Positions 10,090-24,498 are shown, numbered from the stretch's first letter. The stretch is 64,000 nucleotides of DNA from Ilumatobacteraceae bacterium (GCA_963746365.1 CAVVBH010000031.1:98245-162244); one strand, 5' to 3'. A program made the numbers and translations. Notes: generated by a model not told the origin, from the sequence alone.

Positions 10090-12780
10090 ATGACCGAGCT
10101 GATCGATGAACCGATCGTCGCCGAGGAGCCCCTGCCGGAGGATCCCGTGCGACCCGAATTGCCTCGGCGCTCGCTGTTCGACCGCGTCGCGTCGCGTGTG
10201 GTGCGCCGGCCGCGCAATTGGCTCGACGCGCCGTGGACCAACGAACGAATTGCCCGGTACCTCACTGCGCTGATCGTCGTCGGCGGGACGACGTTCGCGG
10301 TCTTGAAGGTCGTCCATCTCAACCTGGTCTTCGAGAACAACACGCCCACGGGTGGCGACATGGGTGCCCACGTGATGGCGCCTGCCTACCTGCGCGACCA
10401 TCTCCTGCCACACTTCCAGCTCACTGGCTGGAGCAACTACTGGTACGACGGGTTCCCGATGTACCGGTTCTACATGGTCGTGCCGGCGCTGATGATCGTG
10501 GCATTGAACATCGTCTTCCCGTACGGCGTCGCGTTCAAGCTCGTCGCGATCCTCGGCCTCGTGACCTTGCCAATCTGCTGCTGGGCGTTCGGCCGCTTGG
10601 CGAGGTTCCGCTACCCGATGCCCGAGCTCATGGCACTGGCGGCCACGATCTTCCTGTTCGACGAGAGCTTCTCGATCTACGGCGGCAACGTGAAGAGCAC
10701 GATGGCGGGGGAGTTCTCGTTCTCCATCGCCTTGTCGTTCGCCATGCTCGGGCTCGGCGTGTTCGCCCGTGGCATGGAGACCGGCAAGTTCCGCAGTTGG
10801 GCCGCGATCCTGCTGGCGCTCGCGATGTTGTGCCACGGCATCGTCCTGTTGTTCGTCGTCCTCGGTGCGCTGCTGCTGTGGGCGGTGTGGATGGACCGCA
10901 CCCGATTCGTCTACGGGTTGACGGTGCTGGCCGGAGCCGTGCTGTTGAGTGCCTTCTGGGTCGTTCCGTTCCTGGCCAACCACGCGTACATGACCGACAT
11001 GAAGTACCACGGTCGACCCGATGGGATCACCGACTCGTACTGGGACATGTTCTTCCCGTGGACCACCTTCCTCGACATCCTCGTGACGGGTCTCGCCATC
11101 TTCGGGTTCGTCGCGTCCGTCGTGCGGCGGCACCTCGCCGGGGCATGGTTGGGGATCTGCGCGCTCGCGCTGACGGCGTTCGTGTTCCTGGCCAAGAACT
11201 CGCTACCCGTCATCGGCCTGCTCTGGAACCCGCGATTGCTGCCCTTCCTCTACCTGCTGCGGTTGATGCTGATGATGGTCGGAATCGTCGAGGTCGTCGA
11301 GATTCTCGTTCGAGGTACACGCGCCGTGCGCACACGCTCCGACATGTGGAAGGTCGGCCTCGCGACGGCCAGCGCGGTGAGCCTGGTGGTGTTGGTGATG
11401 GAGCTGTTCCTGTTCCAGCAGATGCCCGGTGGACGCACCATCACGCAGCACGGCAAAGCGGTCTACTCGTGGGGCGTCGGCGGCTTCAACCCGATCACGC
11501 TGACGCCGACGGCCAAGGACGCGCAGAGCGACGGGTGGACCCGTTACAACTTCATGGGGTACGAGGGTCGAAATGCGTACGGCGAGTACAAGGCGCTGGT
11601 CGACCAGATGAAGGCGCTCGGTGACGACACGACCCACGGCTGCGGTCGGGCGATGTGGGAGAACAACGGCGACAACGGTCAATACGGAACCACGATGGCG
11701 TTGATGCTGTTGCCGCACTGGACCGATGGATGCATCGCCAGCATGGAGGGGCTGTTCTTCGAGGCCAGCGGAACCACGCCCTACCACTTCGTCACCGCGG
11801 CGGCGATCAGCAGCAACAGCTCCAACCCGGTGCGCGAACTTCGTTACGACGACAACGATGCGGCCAAAGGCGTGCCGTATCTGCAGACGTTGGGTGTCAA
11901 GTACCTCATGGTCTTCACCGAGAAGGCCAAGGCGCAGGCCGAGAAGCGTGATGAGTTGACCAAGCTGGCGTCGGTCGGACCGTGGAACATCTACCAGGTC
12001 GCCGACAGCGATCTCGTCGTGCCGCTCGCTGTGCAACCGGTCGTGGTCGGTCACCGCGACGGCGATCAGCGCGAGCGCAATCTCGAGCTCGGCATGAGCT
12101 GGTTCCAGCATCAAGACGAGTGGGCGGCGATTCCCGCCAACGACGGCCCCGACGAGTGGCAACGCATCGATGTCGCGGTCGATCCGACGCGCAGCGATGG
12201 GTTGGCGCCTGGCGCCTCGGGTCGCAAGATCGACATCGTCCAACCGGTCGAGGCCATCGTTCCGAAAGCGCTCCCTGCCGTCACGATCAGCAACGTGAAG
12301 CTGGGCGATCAGGATCTCCGGTTCACCGTCGATCAGATCGGGGTGCCTGTCCTCGTCAAGATCAGCTACTTCCCGAACTGGCATGCAAGCGGCGCGAAGG
12401 GCCCATATCGAATTGCCCCCAACCTGATGGTGGTGGTGCCGACCTCCACCGACGTGCACTTGACGTACGAACGATCCAATCTCGACTACTTCGCCTACTT
12501 GTTGACCTTCCTCGGCATCGGCCTGCTGATCTTCATGAGGATCCGCGGCGACGTGCGCCACGCCAACACCCATCCGTTCGGTAACGCAACGGACGGCATG
12601 GTGTCGGGCTGGCACGACTGGGACCCGCCCTATGAAGGGGCGCTGGACCCCACGCCGTCCGAGCCTTGGGATCCCGATGAGGACGCTCCCCTCGAAGCCG
12701 ACCTGGATCCGAACTCCCTGGTGTGGGCCCCGCCGGCTGAGACCCCGGACGACTCGGCGCCTCCCGACGATAACGTCTAG
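10090..12780 (+). CDS. 896-aa polytopic membrane protein with large extracytoplasmic domain and a late TM anchor; possibly GT-C-like, function unknown
   Basis: Intact long ORF with strong codon bias. About 12 N-terminal TM helices, including NTPTGGDMGAHV in the first loop, then a roughly 400-aa soluble domain, a further TM helix (YLLTFLGIGLLIFM) and an acidic, Pro-rich tail. Confidence 0.8.
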   Translation: MTELIDEPIVAEEPLPEDPVRPELPRRSLFDRVASRVVRRPRNWLDAPWTNERIARYLTALIVVGGTTFAVLKVVHLNLVFENNTPTGGDMGAHVMAPAYLRDHLLPHFQLTGWSNYWYDGFPMYRFYMVVPALMIVALNIVFPYGVAFKLVAILGLVTLPICCWAFGRLARFRYPMPELMALAATIFLFDESFSIYGGNVKSTMAGEFSFSIALSFAMLGLGVFARGMETGKFRSWAAILLALAMLCHGIVLLFVVLGALLLWAVWMDRTRFVYGLTVLAGAVLLSAFWVVPFLANHAYMTDMKYHGRPDGITDSYWDMFFPWTTFLDILVTGLAIFGFVASVVRRHLAGAWLGICALALTAFVFLAKNSLPVIGLLWNPRLLPFLYLLRLMLMMVGIVEVVEILVRGTRAVRTRSDMWKVGLATASAVSLVVLVMELFLFQQMPGGRTITQHGKAVYSWGVGGFNPITLTPTAKDAQSDGWTRYNFMGYEGRNAYGEYKALVDQMKALGDDTTHGCGRAMWENNGDNGQYGTTMALMLLPHWTDGCIASMEGLFFEASGTTPYHFVTAAAISSNSSNPVRELRYDDNDAAKGVPYLQTLGVKYLMVFTEKAKAQAEKRDELTKLASVGPWNIYQVADSDLVVPLAVQPVVVGHRDGDQRERNLELGMSWFQHQDEWAAIPANDGPDEWQRIDVAVDPTRSDGLAPGASGRKIDIVQPVEAIVPKALPAVTISNVKLGDQDLRFTVDQIGVPVLVKISYFPNWHASGAKGPYRIAPNLMVVVPTSTDVHLTYERSNLDYFAYLLTFLGIGLLIFMRIRGDVRHANTHPFGNATDGMVSGWHDWDPPYEGALDPTPSEPWDPDEDAPLEADLDPNSLVWAPPAETPDDSAPPDDNV

Positions 12781-12785
12781 GCCCC

Positions 12786-14156
12786 ATGTCCTCGACCGAC
12801 CCCAAGGTGCTGGACGCCATCGTCAAAGCGTACGATGTGCGTGGCACCGTCCCCGATCAGCTCAACACCGATGTGGCGTACGCGCTTGGTGTCGGCTTTG
12901 CCCGATTCGCCAAGTCGCCGCGCGTGTTGGTCGGCCGCGACATGCGTCCGTCCGGTCCCGAGCTCGTCGACGCGTTCGTGCGCGGCGTGCTGGAGCAGGG
13001 CGTCGATGTGGTCGATCTCGGCCTGGCGTCGACCGATCTGGTGTACTTCGCAGCCGGCACGCTCGATGCTCCCGGCGCCATGTTCACGGCATCTCACAAT
13101 CCGGCGCAGTACAACGGCGTGAAGTTCTGCCTCAGCGGCGCTCGCGCGGTCGGGCAAGACACCGGGCTCGCCGAGATCAAGTCCGTCGCGGCAGATGTAC
13201 TTGCCGGAAAGGGTCCCGCCAACGCGGCGCGGGTCGGGTCGTCGACGAGTCGCAATCTGCTCAGTGCCTTCGCCGATCATGTGGCGTCGTTCATCAACCC
13301 CGCGACGATGCACCCGTTGCGTGTCGTTGCCGACACGGCCAACGGCATGGGCGGTCTCGTCGTGCCCGCGGTGTTCGAGCGCTTGCCGCAGATCACGCTC
13401 GAAGTGATGTACGGCGAGCTCGACGGCACCTTCCCCAACCATCCCGCCGATCCGTTGCAGCCTGCCAACCAGCGCGATCTCCAGGCACGGGTCATCTCGG
13501 GTGGCTTCGATGTCGGACTCGCATTCGACGGCGATGCCGACCGCGTGTTCGTGGTCGACGAAACAGGCAGAGGGCTCAGCGGTTCCACCACCACGGCACT
13601 CCTGGCTGCCGCGATGCTTCGGTCACACCCCGGCGCGACCGTGTTGCACAACCTGATCTGCTCGCGGGTCGTCCCCGAGGTCATCCGCGAGAATGGCGGG
13701 GTTCCGGTGCGCACGAAGGTCGGTCACTCGTTCATCAAAGAGATCATGGCCGAGACCGGTGCCGTGTTCGGCGGCGAGCATTCGGCGCACTACTACTTCC
13801 GCGACAACTTCGGCGCCGACTCGGGTTTGATCGCATCGTTGATCGTGCTCGACGAGATCAGTCGGGCCGACACGGTTCTCTCCGTCGTCCGCAAGCCGTT
13901 CGAGCGGTACTCGTCGAGCGGTGAGATCAACACTCAGGTCGGCGATCCCGATGCCGTCACGGCGCGGGTCGCCGCGGAGTTCAGCGATCAACAACAGGAT
14001 CACCTCGACGGTCTCACCGTCGACTGCGGTTCGTGGTGGTTCAACCTGCGTCCATCCAACACCGAGCCGCTGCTGCGCCTCAATCTCGAGGCGGCGACGC
14101 GCGACGAATGCGACCAGCGCGTGGTCGAGGTGCTCGCCCTCATTACGAGCGCATGA
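12786..14156 (+). CDS. manB: phosphomannomutase/phosphoglucomutase (alpha-D-phosphohexomutase family)
   Basis: Active-site loop FTASHNPAQYNGVKF, metal loop FDGDADR, sugar loop GGEHSAHYYF, 456 aa. Confidence 0.88.
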   Translation: MSSTDPKVLDAIVKAYDVRGTVPDQLNTDVAYALGVGFARFAKSPRVLVGRDMRPSGPELVDAFVRGVLEQGVDVVDLGLASTDLVYFAAGTLDAPGAMFTASHNPAQYNGVKFCLSGARAVGQDTGLAEIKSVAADVLAGKGPANAARVGSSTSRNLLSAFADHVASFINPATMHPLRVVADTANGMGGLVVPAVFERLPQITLEVMYGELDGTFPNHPADPLQPANQRDLQARVISGGFDVGLAFDGDADRVFVVDETGRGLSGSTTTALLAAAMLRSHPGATVLHNLICSRVVPEVIRENGGVPVRTKVGHSFIKEIMAETGAVFGGEHSAHYYFRDNFGADSGLIASLIVLDEISRADTVLSVVRKPFERYSSSGEINTQVGDPDAVTARVAAEFSDQQQDHLDGLTVDCGSWWFNLRPSNTEPLLRLNLEAATRDECDQRVVEVLALITSA

Positions 14157-14190
14157 CGTTCGTTACCCGATTGTGAAAGAATTGTCGACG

Positions 14191-14427
14191 ATGGCGCTCG
14201 ATCCACGACTGTTGGCTGTTCTCGCTTGCCCACAAGACAAGGGTCCGTTGTACTACCTCGGCGACGCCGATGGCCTGTACAACCCGCGCCTCCATCGCCG
14301 GTACGTGGTGCGCGACGGAATCCCGGTGATGCTGATCGACGAAGCCGTGACCGTCGACGAGGCCGAACACGAGGCGATCATGTCCCGAGTGAGCAGCGAA
14401 GGCCTTGCGCCGACGTTTGCCACCTGA
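14191..14427 (+). CDS. Trm112-family small protein
   Basis: MALDPRLLAVLACPQDKGPLYY..YVVRDGIPVMLIDEA is the typical Trm112/UPF0434 signature. ATG at 14191 inside ORF 13921... Confidence 0.75.
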   Translation: MALDPRLLAVLACPQDKGPLYYLGDADGLYNPRLHRRYVVRDGIPVMLIDEAVTVDEAEHEAIMSRVSSEGLAPTFAT

Positions 14428-14507
14428 CCACATTGGAGACATCGTGGGATACGCTCACAGAATGAAGTCGAGGCGGCACACAGCGCGGTTGGCGGCAGCC
14501 ATGGTCT

Positions 14508-15869
14508 TTGGCCGGCGCGATCATCATCCTGCCGACTGCTTCACCGAACGTCCAAGCAGCGACGCCACCGTGCGGGCTCTGCGGGGGCGGCGAGTTCCAT
14601 CCTCTTCCGCCTGCTCGCATCTTCGATTCCCGACCCGGCCTGGCGATCAACGACGTCGCGCCGTTGGGCGCCAAGCCGTTGAGCACCGGCCCGGCGGAGT
14701 TCAGCATCCATCTCCTCGGTCAGGGTGGGATTCCCGCCACATCGGCCAACGTGCTTGCCGTGGTGGTCAACCTCACGGTCACCGAGCCGGGCGCCAGTGG
14801 TTATCTCGAGGCATACGGCAAGGGATCGAAGCCGGAGAAGCGCACGTCGATCGTCAACTTCGGCCCCAACGACACGGTTCCCAACGTGGCCATCGTGCGG
14901 CCGGGAGTCGACGGCGATCTGACGATCGGCCTGTTCGGCCAGAGCGGGACAGCGCACGTCGTTGTCGACGTCTTCGGGTGGTTCTCGACCAGCACGTTCC
15001 CGGTCTCGTCCGCCGACCCTGGAGCTCGGTTGATCCCGACCTCGCCGTCGCGCGTCCTCGACACGCGGCCCGGCGCCCTCAACGTGGGTCGCCCATCGGG
15101 CACGCCGCTGGCAGCCAAAGAGGTACTCCCGCTCCAGATCCGCGGGGTCGACGGCATCAACCCCACAAAGGTCGACGTGGTGCCAGACCAGCCCAACGTC
15201 ACCGGCGTGTTGCTGAACGTGGTTGGCATCACCGGCTCCAGCGCGACCCACCTGTCGGTCTTCCCCAATGACCTCGGGGGTGTGGATCCGGCGACGTCGA
15301 ACCTCAACCTGCCACCCAACGCGATCAAGGCCAACCTCGTCTTCGTGCCCGTTGGCACCGACGGCAAGGTGCGCATCTTCAACAACCAGGGGTCAACCGA
15401 CGTCGTCGCGGATGTCGTGGGCTACATGCAGAGCGGCAAGGACGCCTCGACTCGCGAAGGTCGGGTCGTGCCGCTGTCGTCGCCGTACCGCACGTTCGAT
15501 ACGCGCGATGCCGCGTTCGGCGCAGCACCATTGGGGCCGGGGATGGCCGAGGCCTGGAGCTTCGCCGCATTCGCCAGCTCGGTCGCGATCGGTCCCGACT
15601 CTGTCGGTAACCAACTCGCCGTCATCGGCAACCTGACGTCGGCATCTGTCACACGTCAATACGCGTCGGTCTTCGTCCGGTCGTTCCTCACGGCCTATCC
15701 CGGTCCGGAGCGGCCGCTGTCGTCGAACCTCAACACGGTCGAGGGGCCCGCGGCGATCCCCAACATGGCGGTGCTCAAGTACGGGACCGACAACACCGTG
15801 AACGTCTACAACCTGTTCGGGTTTGCGCACTACCTGTTCGACGCCTCAGCGGTCGTGTTGGCCAACTAG
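14508..15869 (+). CDS. secreted protein built from three tandem ~140-aa beta-type domains, function unknown; likely true start at 14462 in another frame
   Basis: Three internal repeats, each starting R[IVT][FL]D[ST]R.. and ending ..VV[VA]DV.G[WY].. A textbook signal-peptide n-region (MKSRRHTARLAAAMVFG, ATG 14462) lies in the -1 frame directly upstream. It would join to AGAIIILPTASPNVQA/ATPP after a 1-nt correction near 14510. Confidence 0.7.
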   Translation: MAGAIIILPTASPNVQAATPPCGLCGGGEFHPLPPARIFDSRPGLAINDVAPLGAKPLSTGPAEFSIHLLGQGGIPATSANVLAVVVNLTVTEPGASGYLEAYGKGSKPEKRTSIVNFGPNDTVPNVAIVRPGVDGDLTIGLFGQSGTAHVVVDVFGWFSTSTFPVSSADPGARLIPTSPSRVLDTRPGALNVGRPSGTPLAAKEVLPLQIRGVDGINPTKVDVVPDQPNVTGVLLNVVGITGSSATHLSVFPNDLGGVDPATSNLNLPPNAIKANLVFVPVGTDGKVRIFNNQGSTDVVADVVGYMQSGKDASTREGRVVPLSSPYRTFDTRDAAFGAAPLGPGMAEAWSFAAFASSVAIGPDSVGNQLAVIGNLTSASVTRQYASVFVRSFLTAYPGPERPLSSNLNTVEGPAAIPNMAVLKYGTDNTVNVYNLFGFAHYLFDASAVVLAN

Positions 15870-15980
15870 TCCAAGTAGACTGACAGCATCCACGGGCTGA
15901 TCTGAACGTTGCCAGCTGGCACCGGCCCGACTACAACTTGGTACGTCCTGTGCCAGATCTGATCCTGTGGAGGAACTGTC

Positions 15981-17490
<1,510 letters not shown>

Positions 17491-18156
17491 CAGCGATGGG
17501 ACCTTCGCGTACCTGCTCGGGCATCGCGAGCATGGGGATCAGCACGTGCACCATCGGGCCGATGCCGATCACGAAGGCCAGCGTGCCGACGCCGATGTGA
17601 CCGCCCAGCGCGATGCCGACGCCCATCACGACCGCTTCGAGAACGGTACGTGTCAAGCGCACGCTGAAGCCACGCGCGGCGAGGCCGACCATGATCCCGT
17701 CCCGTGGTCCGGTGCCGAGACCTGCACCGATGTACATGCCCGAGCCGATGGCGATCACGATGACGGCACCGACGACGTAGGCGAGGCGGGGGATCAGCCG
17801 ATCGGTGGAAGGCAGGTGATCGCCGATGAGGTTGACGACGAGGCCGATCTCGACCGCGTTGAGGATGGTGCCGACGCCGGGACGTTGGCGCAGCGGGATC
17901 CACAGCAGCAGCAGCACGAACCCGACGATCTCGATGACCCAACCGAGCGAGAGCCCGGTGTGGCTCGAGACGCCCTGGTGGAACACGTCCCATGGCGCCA
18001 ACCCGAGCCCGGCCGTCACGAACATGCTGATGCCGAGCCCGAAGAACGCCAGCCCGACGATGCAGCGAGTCAGTCGCTGGACAGGGCGATCGGGGAACAG
18101 GGCTCGGAGCACGGCGTGACCCTACCGACGGCCGTGTCACACCCCGCTGGTAGTGA

Positions 18157-18837
18157 TTGCACCATGTTGTTCTCCAGTCGATTGTGTGGCCTGCGCCTGT
18201 CCGGGCCCTGGCGCTCTGCCATCGCTGCCGGTTCTCGCTGGCATCGCTGAGTGCGCAGCGCACGCCCGATGGCATCCGGGCAGCGTTCGCGTTCGAGGGG
18301 GTGGCTCGGGAGCTGATCGTTGCGTTGAAGTTCCGTCACGCCCGATCTGCTGGTGCTGTGCTCGCCACGCACATGGTTCGCCGGCTCGACCTCAATCACG
18401 TCGACGTGGTCACGTGGGCGCCCACCAGTGCTCGACGCGTGCGCCGGCGCGGCTATGACCAGGCAGAGGTCATCGCCCGCGCGGTGGCTCGTCAGCTCGG
18501 CGTTCCCTGCCGGCGCTTGCTGTATCGCGCCCACGGCGCACCCCAGACCGGCAGGTCACGTTCCGACCGGCTGGTTGGCCCGGCATTTCGGGCCCGCACA
18601 CCCCGCCAAGGGCTCACGGTCCTGCTGGTCGACGACGTCGTCACGACGGGCGCAACGCTGCGCACTGCGGCCGACGCGCTGCGCGCGGCCGGCGTCGCCC
18701 ACGTCGAGCTCGCCGCTGCTTCCAGCGCCCAGCTGCGCCACACCGCCCCGCGCATCAAGAGAGCGCCGCGAGCCGACGACCGCCGCGTGAACCCGGCCGT
18801 TGCCAAGCTCGTTGCCGGTACCGCCGGTAGGCTGTGA
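18157..18837 (+). CDS. comF: ComF-family phosphoribosyltransferase-domain protein; the N-terminal Cys cluster lies in another frame
   Basis: PRTase motif VLLVDDVVTTGATL and the ComF core AFAFEGVARELIVALKF. The first Cys pairs (GTG 18153: MIAPCCSPVDCVACACPGPG) are in the neighbouring frame and join ..LCHRCRFSL after a 1-nt correction near 18208-18216. Confidence 0.75.
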   Translation: MHHVVLQSIVWPAPVRALALCHRCRFSLASLSAQRTPDGIRAAFAFEGVARELIVALKFRHARSAGAVLATHMVRRLDLNHVDVVTWAPTSARRVRRRGYDQAEVIARAVARQLGVPCRRLLYRAHGAPQTGRSRSDRLVGPAFRARTPRQGLTVLLVDDVVTTGATLRTAADALRAAGVAHVELAAASSAQLRHTAPRIKRAPRADDRRVNPAVAKLVAGTAGRL

Positions 18838-18843
18838 ACCCGC

Positions 18844-21633
<2,790 letters not shown>

Positions 21634-21750
21634 TGGTCGGGACTGGTCTCCGCTGCGCTTCGACTGCTCCCTCCGTGTCGTCGGCTCCCTGGCGGTCGCT
21701 CGACGACCTGCTTCTCGCCTCTGACCACCTTTCGCCTTTTTCACACTCCC

Positions 21751-22851
21751 ATGCGTGACTACACCGACGATCTGAAGGAGCTGCGTCGCCGACTCGGCGA
21801 GGCACACGGCTACCTGAAGATCGACGCCAACCGCTCACGGCTCGTCGAGCTCGAACAGGAGGTCGGGCGCCCCGATCTCTGGGACGACCAGGACGAGGCC
21901 AAGAAGATCAACACCGAGTACGCCAACGTCAAGACCGACATCGACCAGTTCGACCAGCTCGCGAGTCAGCTCGAAGACGCAGAGGTCCTGCACGAGTTAG
22001 CACGCGAAGTCGACGATGCCACGCAGGAGCCCGAGCTCGACGCCGCCGTCGCGTCGATCACCAGGCAACTCGACCAACTCGATCTGCGCAGCCTGTTCAC
22101 CGGCGAGCACGACGATGCCGATTGCATCGTGCAGATCAATGCGAAAGATGGAGGCGTCGACGCCCAGGACTGGGCCGAGATCCTGTTGCGGATGTATGGC
22201 CGCTGGGCCGAACGGCGTGGTTTCGCGTTCGAGCTCGATGGGCTCAGTGAGGGCGCAGAGGCGGGCATCATGTCGGCCGAGTTCACGCTGTCCGGGCGGT
22301 ACGCGTATGGGCTGATGACGTCGGAGCGCGGAACCCATCGCCTCGTGCGCATCAGCCCGTTCGACAACCAGGGCCGGCGCCAGACCAGCTTCGCCAACGT
22401 TCAGGTCTGGCCGGTGATGGACGAGCTCGACCTCGAGGTCAACGAGGCCGACGTCCGCATGGAGGTCTTCCGCGCCAGTGGCGCCGGCGGCCAGCACGTC
22501 AACAAGACCTCGTCCGCCGTGCGCCTCATCCACGAGCCGACCGGGCTGGTTGCCTCGTCGCAGGAGGAGCGGAGCCAGCTCCAGAACCGGGAGAAGGCGA
22601 TGCGCCGGCTGCGGACGATGATCGCCACACGGATCGAAGAAGAGCGCGATGCCGAGCTCGACAGCATCGCCGGCCAGCAGGCGCAGGTCGGGTGGGGCAG
22701 TCAGATCCGCTCGTACGTCGTGCAGCCCTACCAGATGGTGAAGGACCTGCGAACCGATGTCGAATCCGGCAACGTGACAGCGGTGCTCGACGGCGATCTC
22801 GACGAATTCATGGAGGGCTACCTGCGGTGGCGACGGCGGGAAGCGCAGTGA
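21751..22851 (+). CDS. prfB: peptide chain release factor 2 (single uninterrupted frame)
   Basis: SPF tripeptide (RISPFD), GGQ motif (SGAGGQHVNKT), 366 aa. No in-frame TGA or +1 shift site near the 5' end. Confidence 0.93.
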   Translation: MRDYTDDLKELRRRLGEAHGYLKIDANRSRLVELEQEVGRPDLWDDQDEAKKINTEYANVKTDIDQFDQLASQLEDAEVLHELAREVDDATQEPELDAAVASITRQLDQLDLRSLFTGEHDDADCIVQINAKDGGVDAQDWAEILLRMYGRWAERRGFAFELDGLSEGAEAGIMSAEFTLSGRYAYGLMTSERGTHRLVRISPFDNQGRRQTSFANVQVWPVMDELDLEVNEADVRMEVFRASGAGGQHVNKTSSAVRLIHEPTGLVASSQEERSQLQNREKAMRRLRTMIATRIEEERDAELDSIAGQQAQVGWGSQIRSYVVQPYQMVKDLRTDVESGNVTAVLDGDLDEFMEGYLRWRRREAQ

Positions 22852-22918
22852 GCGAGTTAGTGTTTCCCGAGCTCCGGGCGGGGTGGCGGGCCCAGCAACA
22901 GTTCGTGGAGAAACCCCG

Positions 22919-23596
22919 ATGATCCGACTCGAGAACGTCACCAAGAGCTACTCGACCGAGGTCGTCGCGCTCCGTGACGCCAGCTTCGACGTCGCCAAGG
23001 CGGAGTTCGTCTTCCTCGTGGGTCCATCGGGTTCCGGCAAGAGCACGTTGCTGCGGATGATGAACCGCCAGGAACGCCCCGAAAAGGGTGCGGTGTGGGT
23101 CGCCGGGCGAAACATCAACGAGATGTCCGACAGCAAGGTGCCTCACCTCCGCCGCAACATCGGCAACATCTTCCAGGACTACAAGCTGCTGCCCAACCGC
23201 ACCGTGCACGAGAACGTCGCGTTCGCCCTCGAGGTGATCGGGCGTCCGAAGCACGTCATTCGGCAGCAGGTGCCTGCCGTGCTCGATCTCGTCGGACTGT
23301 CCGGCAAGCAGGAGCGATTCCCGCACCAGCTCAGTGGCGGCGAGCAGCAGCGCGTCTCGATTGCACGCGCGTTCGTCAACCGGCCGCTGATCCTGCTCGC
23401 CGACGAGCCCACCGGCAACCTCGACCCCGCCACGGGTGAGGGCATCATGCGTCTGCTCGACCGGATCAACAAGACTGGCACGACTGTGGTGATGGCTACA
23501 CACGATCAGCGGATCGTCAACATGATGCGCAAGCGTGTGATCCAACTCGATCGAGGCATCATCGTGCGCGACCAGGCCAGGGGTGTCTACGAATGA
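22919..23596 (+). CDS. ftsE: cell-division ABC ATPase FtsE
   Basis: MIRLENVTKSY.., Walker A GPSGSGKST, signature LSGGEQQR, Walker B ILLADEPTG. The stop overlaps the ftsX start. Confidence 0.92.
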   Translation: MIRLENVTKSYSTEVVALRDASFDVAKAEFVFLVGPSGSGKSTLLRMMNRQERPEKGAVWVAGRNINEMSDSKVPHLRRNIGNIFQDYKLLPNRTVHENVAFALEVIGRPKHVIRQQVPAVLDLVGLSGKQERFPHQLSGGEQQRVSIARAFVNRPLILLADEPTGNLDPATGEGIMRLLDRINKTGTTVVMATHDQRIVNMMRKRVIQLDRGIIVRDQARGVYE

Positions 23597-24495
23597 TCTC
23601 ACGTCTCCGCTACACGATGCGCGAGATGTGGGCAAGCCTCAGCCGCAACCTCACGCTGACCGTCGCCGCAGTGATCACCTCCACGGTGTCGCTGTTCCTG
23701 TTCGGAATGACCTTGCTGATCCAGCAGGCGTTCGACAACCAGCTCAGCCAGTGGACCGGTGGCGTGCAGATGATCGTGTACGTCAAGAACGGGGCCGAGG
23801 ACGCAGCGATCGCCACCATCCAAGAGGCGCTGGAGAGCCGCCCGGAGATCATCAAGAACGTCGAGTACTGCTCCATCGACTGTTCGCTGGACCAGGCCAA
23901 GAAGCTGTTCGCCGCCGACCCCGAGTCGCTGCGGTTCCTCTCCGTCGACAACATTCCCTCGTACTTCAGTGTCGAGCCCGTCGACAAGCAGAGCATCCAG
24001 CAGTTGTTGAGCATCCGCGAGTCGTTCGTCGCCCTTCCCGGCGTGCTGCGGGCCGATTTCCCCTCGGATCAGATCACGGTGTTGGGCAAGCTCAAATCGT
24101 TCTTCGGCGTCCGCACCTATGTGATGTCGGGCGTGCTGCTGTTCGCCTCGATCCTGTTGATCTGGAACACCATCCGCACCGCCATGTTCGCCCGTCGCCG
24201 CGAGATCGAGGTGATGAAGTTGGTTGGCGCAACCAACTGGTTCATCCGTCTCCCGTTCATGCTCGAAGGCCTGCTGCAGGGACTCGCCGGTGCGGCGCTG
24301 GGGAGCGGGCTGCTGTTGCTGGGTAACGCCGACTGGACATCGGGTGTGCGCAAGTTCCCGTCGACGGCAGGACTCGGCGGATTTGTCGTCACCGATGGGT
24401 ACCCGATCCGAGTCGTGATCTTCATGGTGCTGCTCGGCGCCTTCGTCGGCGCCGTCGGCTCCGCCACCGCCGCCAGCCGCTTCCTTGACGTCTAG
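23593..24495 (+). CDS. ftsX: cell-division permease-like protein FtsX
   Basis: 300 aa. N-terminal TM helix, a periplasmic domain of about 100 aa, and three C-terminal TM helices (FtsX/MacB topology). Translationally coupled to ftsE. Confidence 0.9.
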   Translation: MISRLRYTMREMWASLSRNLTLTVAAVITSTVSLFLFGMTLLIQQAFDNQLSQWTGGVQMIVYVKNGAEDAAIATIQEALESRPEIIKNVEYCSIDCSLDQAKKLFAADPESLRFLSVDNIPSYFSVEPVDKQSIQQLLSIRESFVALPGVLRADFPSDQITVLGKLKSFFGVRTYVMSGVLLFASILLIWNTIRTAMFARRREIEVMKLVGATNWFIRLPFMLEGLLQGLAGAALGSGLLLLGNADWTSGVRKFPSTAGLGGFVVTDGYPIRVVIFMVLLGAFVGAVGSATAASRFLDV

Positions 24496-24498
24496 CCC

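Noticed and set aside
12600-12780. Acidic Pro/Asp-rich low-complexity tail as a separate feature or repeat
   Set aside because: It is in frame with, and continuous with, the 896-aa membrane protein. There is no nucleotide-level tandem repeat, so I treat it as a disordered C-terminal tail.
15870-15980. Possible SAH riboswitch or other leader upstream of ahcY
   Set aside because: The region contains only a 7-bp hairpin (CTGGCAC..GTGCCAG) and a GGAGGA ribosome-binding site. I could not find the conserved SAH-riboswitch strings as I remember them (GAGGAGCGCUGC, CAGGCUC, AACGGCGCUCAC). A covariance-model search would settle this.
21634-21830. Programmed +1 frameshift site in prfB
   Set aside because: RF2 is read in one uninterrupted frame from the ATG at 21751. 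There is no early in-frame TGA preceded by a CUU/SD-like element.
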